60,385 nt of DNA from a virus (lineage: Duplodnaviria; Caudoviricetes): positions 1-60,385 of IMG/VR virus record IMGVR_UViG_3300036859_000207; one strand, 5' to 3'. Shown one piece after another: positions 54,852 to 60,385 of this stretch (position 1 is the stretch's first letter; each line of letters begins with the position of its first letter). The notes beneath the pieces were generated by a model. It saw nothing but the letters and a program-made list of their open reading frames with translations. It did no database searches and was not told the DNA's origin. A program made the position numbers and the translations under genes.

Positions 54852-55079
54852 ATGAGCGAGAAATACACCATTGCTTGGTACGGCAGCACAGAAATCGAAG
54901 CCGACAGCGCCGACGAGGCCGCGGAGAAATTCTGGGAACTCGCCGCCTGCATGAATGCTGGCGATCTGGCGGACGGGAGCCTGCAACCCAGCGACCCGGA
55001 GACTAAGGCCGAGATGGAGGCTTCGCGGGCGCGATTATTTCCCTTGTCCAGCAAGTCCACCGAGGCGGCCAATGGCTAA
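54852..55079 (+). CDS. Hypothetical protein (IEADSADEAAE motif)
   Basis: SD gggag. Confidence 0.65.
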   Translation: MSEKYTIAWYGSTEIEADSADEAAEKFWELAACMNAGDLADGSLQPSDPETKAEMEASRARLFPLSSKSTEAANG

Positions 55080-55302
55080 AGTCATCGCCATCGACGACAT
55101 TCGCATCCGCCGCGCCGCCAGGCCGAAGCTGAAGGCCGACCTTGAGGCTTCCGTGGACCTTGAGAGCAAGAAGCGGATCGAGCGAACCCGCGCGGCACTC
55201 CTCGACGCTCTCAAAGACTTAGTCCTGCTAGAGGGCGGCGAGACCGCAGTTGAGTGGACAGAGAAGGCGCTCGATCAGTTGAAGATGGGGATGCAGCCAT
55301 GA
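55072..55302 (+). CDS. Hypothetical protein
   Basis: SD gagg; coupled. Confidence 0.6.
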   Translation: MAKVIAIDDIRIRRAARPKLKADLEASVDLESKKRIERTRAALLDALKDLVLLEGGETAVEWTEKALDQLKMGMQP

Positions 55303-56732
55303 GCTTGTTCAAACCGGCAGAGAACACGATGGCCTACTTCAAGGCCGGCCTGATGGGCGAAGCCGGAAGCGGCAAGACGCACACGGCAACGCTGGTAGCG
55401 ATCGGCCTCGTTCAGCACCTCAAGAAGCTTGGCATTAGCGGGCACGACCGGCCAGCGATGTTGCTCGATACCGAGAACGGATCGAGCTGGATCAAGCCGA
55501 TGTTCGATGAGGTTGGCATTCCGCTGCTCGTCGCTAAGACGCGCGCCTTTCGTGATCTGGTGCCGGCGCTGCGCGAGGCTGAGAAGGGCGCCAGCGTTTT
55601 GATCGTGGATAGTGTGACCCATTTCTGGGAGGAACTTCAGGCGTCCTACCTGGCTCGCTTGTCCGAGCGCAAGGGGCGGGCGATCACGCGTCTTGAGTTC
55701 CAAGATTGGAACTACATCAAGGGCACGTGGCGGAAGTTCTCCGATGCCTTCGTGACCAGCAACCTGCATTGCATTCTGTGCGGGCGGCTTGGCTGGGAAT
55801 ACGAGACCGTCGAGGAAGACGGCAAGAAGCAGATCGAAAAATCCGGCGCCAAGATGCAGGCCGAGAAGGGCCTGGGCTATGAGCCCAACATCCTCGTTTG
55901 GATGGAGCGCAACATGGACCTGCACACAAAGGTCGTGGCGCGCACAGCCACCGTGCTCAAGGATCGCTCGCGCCGGCTGGACGGCAAGCAGTTCCCGGAC
56001 CCAACGTTCGCAACATTCCTTCCTCACATAGACTTCATGGCGCTCGGCGGAAAGCACGAGGCCGCCGACACGACTCGCAACAGCGAAGACATCATGCCTG
56101 ACGACGATGCGCCGATGTCGGATATCAAATCGATCCGCCGCACCATCGTCGTCGAGGAAGTCCAGGCGCTGATGGTGAAACACTACCCCAGCCGCAGCGC
56201 AGAAGACGTGAAGGCCAAGAACGGCTTGCTGCTGGAATTCTTCAAGACGGCGAGCTGGACCGAGGTTGAAAAGCTCATGCCGCTGACGCATCTGCAATCC
56301 AACTACGATGCGCTGCACCGCAAGCTGGAGGGCAAGCCGTCGCGATACGACGTGGCCGCTCCGTCAACCGAGCCAGTCGACGAAATTCCGTTCACGGAAC
56401 CCGCAAAGGAGGCGACGCCGCAGATCAATGCTAGACCGCCCGCGCCAGATGAACCACTCGACAAAGAAGCGGCAGCAGCTGCGCTAGCGGGCTTCTCGGC
56501 CGCCATGACGAGCGCCCACACACAGAACAAGATCACTCGCGTCTGGAACAAGTGGGCGACCGTCATCGAGCAGTGTGACAAGCTCGCCCAGTCTGAATTC
56601 CTGCTGGTGAAGGCAGGCGCAATGAAGCGTGTGAAGGACGATGGCGAGGCTCGATTGCAAGAGGACGCAAAGCGCGCGACGGCGGCCGGATACAACGTTG
56701 GCCCCGCGCTCGCCGAAGCGGCAGCGGAGTGA
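55299..56732 (+). CDS. AAA_24/Sak4-like ATPase (single-strand annealing recombinase)
   Basis: Walker A GEAGSGKT; LLDTENGS; IVDSVTHFW; GYEP. Confidence 0.85.
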   Translation: MSLFKPAENTMAYFKAGLMGEAGSGKTHTATLVAIGLVQHLKKLGISGHDRPAMLLDTENGSSWIKPMFDEVGIPLLVAKTRAFRDLVPALREAEKGASVLIVDSVTHFWEELQASYLARLSERKGRAITRLEFQDWNYIKGTWRKFSDAFVTSNLHCILCGRLGWEYETVEEDGKKQIEKSGAKMQAEKGLGYEPNILVWMERNMDLHTKVVARTATVLKDRSRRLDGKQFPDPTFATFLPHIDFMALGGKHEAADTTRNSEDIMPDDDAPMSDIKSIRRTIVVEEVQALMVKHYPSRSAEDVKAKNGLLLEFFKTASWTEVEKLMPLTHLQSNYDALHRKLEGKPSRYDVAAPSTEPVDEIPFTEPAKEATPQINARPPAPDEPLDKEAAAAALAGFSAAMTSAHTQNKITRVWNKWATVIEQCDKLAQSEFLLVKAGAMKRVKDDGEARLQEDAKRATAAGYNVGPALAEAAAE

Positions 56733-56737
56733 CCGCT

Positions 56738-56896
56738 ATGGACCCTCATACCAGCACCATCAAGGAGCTGACGGACAAAGTCAGGCGCATGGCTGCGGAA
56801 GGCCTCGGCTACGAGGATGCCTGGGTCCGTCACAAAGTTCCTTTGGCGTGGCGGGATTGGGTGCGGGACATCATGATCTACGGGGGGAAGCGGTGA
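56738..56896 (+). CDS. Small hypothetical protein (52 aa)
   Basis: SD ggag; TGATG coupling to HNH gene. Confidence 0.5.
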   Translation: MDPHTSTIKELTDKVRRMAAEGLGYEDAWVRHKVPLAWRDWVRDIMIYGGKR

Positions 56897-57420
56897 TGGC
56901 CACCAGATCGATGGTACGGCTAACCGTTGAGCGTCTGCGCGAGCTTCTTTCGTATGACCCGCGCACTGGCGTTTTTACATGGAAGGTTAACAAGTCTTCG
57001 AGAGTGGGAGTCGGACGCAGGGCTGGGTGCGCGGATGTGCGCCGCGGGTACGTAGAAATTTATATCGACGGCCGATCGCACCGGGCACATCGGCTTGCTT
57101 GGCTCTATGTGCACGGCAACTTGCCGACCCGGATGATGGTCGATCACAAAGATGGAGATGGCGGGAATAACCGCATCGACAACCTGCGGCTAGCTACTCG
57201 CTCGCAAAATGCCATCAACACCAAAACAATGACGAGCGGAGTCTCTGGCTACAGAGGCGTGTTCCGAAATCAATATCTCAAGCGACCGTGGGCGGCGAAA
57301 ATAAAAGTCGCTCAAAAGGAGATGTACCTAGGTGCGTTCTATACTCCAGAGGAAGCAAGCGCGGCGTACGAAAACAAGAGAAGAGAGCTCTTCGGAGAGT
57401 TCGTACCCAAGAGGGTTTAA
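56896..57420 (+). CDS. HNH-AP2 homing endonuclease-like protein
   Basis: AHRLAWLYVHG...VDHKDG...NNRIDNLR...QN; SGYRGV...YLGAF.TPEEA. Confidence 0.92.
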   Translation: MATRSMVRLTVERLRELLSYDPRTGVFTWKVNKSSRVGVGRRAGCADVRRGYVEIYIDGRSHRAHRLAWLYVHGNLPTRMMVDHKDGDGGNNRIDNLRLATRSQNAINTKTMTSGVSGYRGVFRNQYLKRPWAAKIKVAQKEMYLGAFYTPEEASAAYENKRRELFGEFVPKRV

Positions 57421-57429
57421 GGGAACGCA

Positions 57430-57894
57430 ATGCGCACCTCTACAATTTGTCCCAGCTGCGGATGCGAGCTGACGAAGCCACGCTCGGGGGCGGATCATCG
57501 GAGATTTTTTGCCGGCATCCGAGCTGCTTATTTTCACTGGCGCGGCGATTTCACGCCCACGTCAGAAGATCAGCTACGGGCATATCTTCTCATTCGCGTA
57601 GGGCACTTCGATGTCACCTCCATCCCGGCTCCAGAAGGCATCTCAGAACACGAAACACTGCTGCGGCTGTTCAGGCTGTCGGTGGAGGCGGCGGCGACGG
57701 CGCTGCAGAGAGCCTACCCCTACGTGGATGTTAGAATTAGTGCGGCAGGCGCTGAAATCTTCACGCCCCGGTCTATCGACTACAGAACCGTCAGCCAGCG
57801 CGAGTTCGGTCCGATCCGAGATGCGGTTGAGGCGTACATCGAAGCTCAACTAGGCGTGCCGATGCAGCGGCTACTTGCGGAGCAAGCCGCATGA
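57430..57894 (+). CDS. NinB/DUF1367-like recombination accessory protein
   Basis: PRS..DHRRFFA; PRSIDY..VSQREF. Confidence 0.65.
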   Translation: MRTSTICPSCGCELTKPRSGADHRRFFAGIRAAYFHWRGDFTPTSEDQLRAYLLIRVGHFDVTSIPAPEGISEHETLLRLFRLSVEAAATALQRAYPYVDVRISAAGAEIFTPRSIDYRTVSQREFGPIRDAVEAYIEAQLGVPMQRLLAEQAA

Positions 57895-58079
57895 TCATCA
57901 CCCATTCCCCCTCTCCCGTAGAGCGCGCCCGCGAGTCCAGAAAGCTCGCCAGATGCATTGAGCAAGGCTGGCCCATCTCCAGGATCATGACCAAGTACAG
58001 GGTATCGGCGGCGAGGGTGTATGAGGTGGCGAGGGAATATCAGATGGAAGTGACCAGGCCAGGAGAGGACAGGCAATGA
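57891..58079 (+). CDS. Small HTH protein
   Basis: GWPISRIMTKYRVSAARVY. Confidence 0.6.
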   Translation: MIITHSPSPVERARESRKLARCIEQGWPISRIMTKYRVSAARVYEVAREYQMEVTRPGEDRQ

Positions 58080-58297
58080 AGTGGCCGCTCGGAACGCGAA
58101 CCATGTCACTCAATGGAGAAGAGCCGCAAGCTCTGATCAGCCCGCACGACGCGGCGACTGAGTGCGCGAATCTTTACGCCGCATTTGACGATTGGCAGCG
58201 CAAGCAATTTGCGCGACGCCTGAGAGACCTCGGCGCAGACCAAACGATGACCGTATCAACGGCGACCTCAGGGCGTGAACCCATCGTGAACCCATGA
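58076..58297 (+). CDS. Hypothetical protein
   Basis: ATGA coupling. Confidence 0.55.
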   Translation: MKWPLGTRTMSLNGEEPQALISPHDAATECANLYAAFDDWQRKQFARRLRDLGADQTMTVSTATSGREPIVNP

Positions 58298-58560
58298 CCA
58301 ACGAAACCGTCAGTCCCCACCTCTGCCAAATCACCCAGGACAAGGTCGAGAGCTTCTACTGGCGCATCCTCGCCAACGGCGCCATTCCCTACCATGTCAA
58401 ATTGGAGCTCGACGCCTTCCGCGAAAGCCGGACCCCGTGGGACGGACTGAGGGTCGCCAACGCTCTGCATCATTTCAAGATGGTGCCGGAGATCGTGAAA
58501 GAGCTGGACGAAATCGCCAAAGAGGCTGGGATCACGCCAAGGGAGAGGGCGCAGAAATGA
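58294..58560 (+). CDS. Hypothetical protein
   Basis: ATGA coupling. Confidence 0.6.
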   Translation: MTNETVSPHLCQITQDKVESFYWRILANGAIPYHVKLELDAFRESRTPWDGLRVANALHHFKMVPEIVKELDEIAKEAGITPRERAQK

Positions 58561-58919
58561 ACCCGCGCCCGTCATCTACCAAGGTCCGAAGGGAATGCTT
58601 CGACCGCGAGAAATGGACCGATCTCGTGACGGGTCGAATCATGCTGACTTGTCATATCTGCGGCATGTCGATTGACCCCGTCAGAGAGCGGTGGGATGCG
58701 GAGCATACGTCACCCCACGCCAACGGAGGCACCGATGTTCGCCCAGCCCACGTGGCGTGTCATCGGATCAAAACAAGCACGCAGGACGTTCCGGCGATAG
58801 CAAAGGGCAAGAGGGTTCGGGATCGTCATTTCGGCATCACCCAATCCGCCAGCATCATGCCGGGCTCGAGGCGGTCGCGGTGGAAGAAGAAGATCAACGG
58901 GGAGGTCGTGGAGAGATGA
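58557..58919 (+). CDS. HNH endonuclease
   Basis: CHICG...WDAEH...AHVACHRIKT. Confidence 0.85.
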   Translation: MNPRPSSTKVRRECFDREKWTDLVTGRIMLTCHICGMSIDPVRERWDAEHTSPHANGGTDVRPAHVACHRIKTSTQDVPAIAKGKRVRDRHFGITQSASIMPGSRRSRWKKKINGEVVER

Positions 58920-58994
58920 GCGATCTAGAGCAGCGCATCAGTGTTGAGCGTCTGTCGCGTGATCTACGTGCCGTTCTGAGAGAGGCCACACAAA

Positions 58995-59255
58995 ATGTGT
59001 AAGCACGAGGATTTCAAGGCCAATGTTGGTGTGGCGCGCCTTGAAGATAGCGGCGGCTTCGTCGCGGAGATCACCGTGAAATGCAGCCAGTGCGGCTTGC
59101 CATTTCAATTTCTCGGACTTGAGCCTGGTATCGACACACAGGGCGCTTCCGTCAGCATCGACGGACTGGAGGCCCGCATAGCAATCGTGCCGAACGGCAG
59201 TCGCCCGAACCCAATGCAGAGGATGGCCTTCGGCGTACGTAAATTCGAGTCCTGA
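58995..59255 (+). CDS. Conserved small phage protein (CxxC)
   Basis: CKHEDF.A.V.V.RL...CSQCGLPFQF. Confidence 0.7.
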   Translation: MCKHEDFKANVGVARLEDSGGFVAEITVKCSQCGLPFQFLGLEPGIDTQGASVSIDGLEARIAIVPNGSRPNPMQRMAFGVRKFES

Positions 59256-59272
59256 GAAGAAGGAGAAGCACC

Positions 59273-59488
59273 ATGCACGCATCAACCTACGAATATCTGA
59301 AGCCGACTGACGATCAGCTCAACACCATGAACGCCCACCGTTTGGCGGCCAAGGCTTATGGGGATGCCTTGGAGGCTCTACTGCCTGACGGCCCCGACAA
59401 GACGTTCGTGATCCGAGCACATCGCTCCAATGCGATGTGGGCAAACGTTGCCATCACGCGGCAGCCAGATGGTTCGCCGCGCACGTGA
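59273..59488 (+). CDS. Acb2/Tad1-like helical-hairpin protein (candidate cyclic-nucleotide sponge)
   Basis: SD aaggag; YLKPTDDQL..MN...LPDGPDK.......AMWANVAI. Confidence 0.6.
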   Translation: MHASTYEYLKPTDDQLNTMNAHRLAAKAYGDALEALLPDGPDKTFVIRAHRSNAMWANVAITRQPDGSPRT

Positions 59489-59501
59489 GAGTTTTACCCA
59501 A

Positions 59502-59723
59502 ATGCGTGGCTTCCTGAGGGTCCACCAACAGCTCGTCGGCCCAATAGTCTTAGGCCTAAGCCAGATATCCTCCATCGAGCCCTTGAAGGTTCCCGGCAAC
59601 GGCAAGGCTCCATTCGCCCAGATACGCATGGGCAACGGCATGTGCATCGATACGGCAGAGACGTGGGAAGAGGTGCAGGAGGCTTTGGCGAAGGCTGGGG
59701 AACCGCCGGCCAAGAAGAAATAA
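59502..59723 (+). CDS. Small FlbD-like beta protein
   Basis: IVL..SQISSIE...I.M.NG...ETWEEV. Confidence 0.55.
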   Translation: MRGFLRVHQQLVGPIVLGLSQISSIEPLKVPGNGKAPFAQIRMGNGMCIDTAETWEEVQEALAKAGEPPAKKK

Positions 59724-59733
59724 CGATCCAGGT

Positions 59734-60006
59734 GTGGAGATCATGATAACGACCACGCATCGCTACAAACACATGACGCCAGAAATGCGCCCGCAAGACC
59801 CGAGCTTGAATGGTGACGGGCTTCGCTTCGAGACGCTGGAGCACGGCGGCGAAGAGCCCGACACCATGCCCCAAGCAATCAAGCTGATCGACGCTGATGG
59901 CCGTTGGTGCATCTACGAGCCAACGACCGTGAGCGGCAAGGTCGTGCAGTCGCATGGCTATGACCACAACGAAGAGCCAAAGCCGACGCTCTCGGTTGTC
60001 AAATAA
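59734..60006 (+). CDS. Hypothetical protein
   Basis: ORF track. Confidence 0.6.
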   Translation: MEIMITTTHRYKHMTPEMRPQDPSLNGDGLRFETLEHGGEEPDTMPQAIKLIDADGRWCIYEPTTVSGKVVQSHGYDHNEEPKPTLSVVK

Positions 60007-60057
60007 GCTGGGCCAATGCCTACGGCGAAGCCGAAGAAATAAACCAACGGAGCGGCT

Positions 60058-60385
60058 GTGGACACGAACGATAACGACCTGATCCTCGCCCGGATGCGAG
60101 GCGTCCCGGCTCAAACAACGACGCAGCTGGAGGCGATGATGGACCAAACGAACCCGCAGAAGCTTGAAGCGAATGACAACAAAGGACAATGGGTAACGCG
60201 CCGCGCCCCGCACATGGAGCGCTACGTCACCATTGCCCCAGTCGTGATCGAGGATTGGCCGGACGCTCATCATGTCTTCCTGCAAGTCACCAATCAGCGC
60301 TTCTGCGTGACGCCACACGGGTGCGAGACGAAGGAGGAAGCCGAGTGGACGCGCGACATGCTGTGCATCGCGCTTGACCAAGTGG
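60058..60385 (+). CDS. Hypothetical protein spanning the circular join (ends at 134)
   Basis: GTG with SD ggag; open through 60385 and 112-134. Confidence 0.65.
   Translation, partial: MDTNDNDLILARMRGVPAQTTTQLEAMMDQTNPQKLEANDNKGQWVTRRAPHMERYVTIAPVVIEDWPDAHHVFLQVTNQRFCVTPHGCETKEEAEWTRDMLCIALDQV
60275..60385 (+). repeat. Terminal direct repeat of 1-111 (circular assembly overlap)
   Basis: Identical to bases 1-111; ORF from 60058 continues in frame through the join to TAA at 132-134. Confidence 0.97.

Larger units (their letters stand above)
1..60385. mobile_element. Complete temperate phage genome (P22-like podovirus architecture, probable alphaproteobacterial host), circular form
   Basis: Terminal 111-nt overlap; full set of int/xis/attP, cI/cro, replication, terminase, portal, capsid, tail and lysis genes; no host housekeeping genes. 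Confidence 0.95.

Overview
The window is a complete, circularly permuted temperate phage genome of about 60.27 kb. Bases 60275-60385 duplicate 1-111, and an ORF reads across the join. The host is probably an alphaproteobacterium (Hyphomicrobiales-like), based on GcrA, an Omp25/RopB-like barrel and a canonical parS. The virion module is P22-like (podovirus). Layout: xis, tyrosine integrase and attP (3' half of tRNA-Thr(CGT), plus a second tRNA-Val-like 3' fragment) at 0.2-1.8 kb; an accessory region at 1.8-10 kb; a leftward late operon at 10-40.5 kb (terminases, portal, scaffold, capsid, tail spikes, tail and ejection proteins, lysis); a leftward early/replication operon at 40.6-50.7 kb (cro, gcrA, initiator with iterons, OMP, NusG-like); cI; and a rightward early operon at 51.6-60.3 kb (SpoU MTase, Sak4-like AAA, HNHs, Acb2/Tad1-like). 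The best candidate for an undescribed system is the 1.8-10 kb region. A small serine recombinase and a strong promoter sit between two outward-facing arrays of about 30 tiny unrelated ORFs. Junctions in each array carry their own conserved motif (AGGCC on the right; GATTTGCA...CAGAA-stop-GGAG on the left). This looks like an integron-like gene-cassette array built around a serine recombinase, but that is inference from sequence only. Other notable items: a perfect parS with no phage ParB, a virion-operon ADP-ribosyltransferase-like protein, an apparently non-cleavable CI, several structured RNA leaders, and antisense genes that fill gaps in the late operon. All product calls come from motif recognition by eye; no database searches were run.
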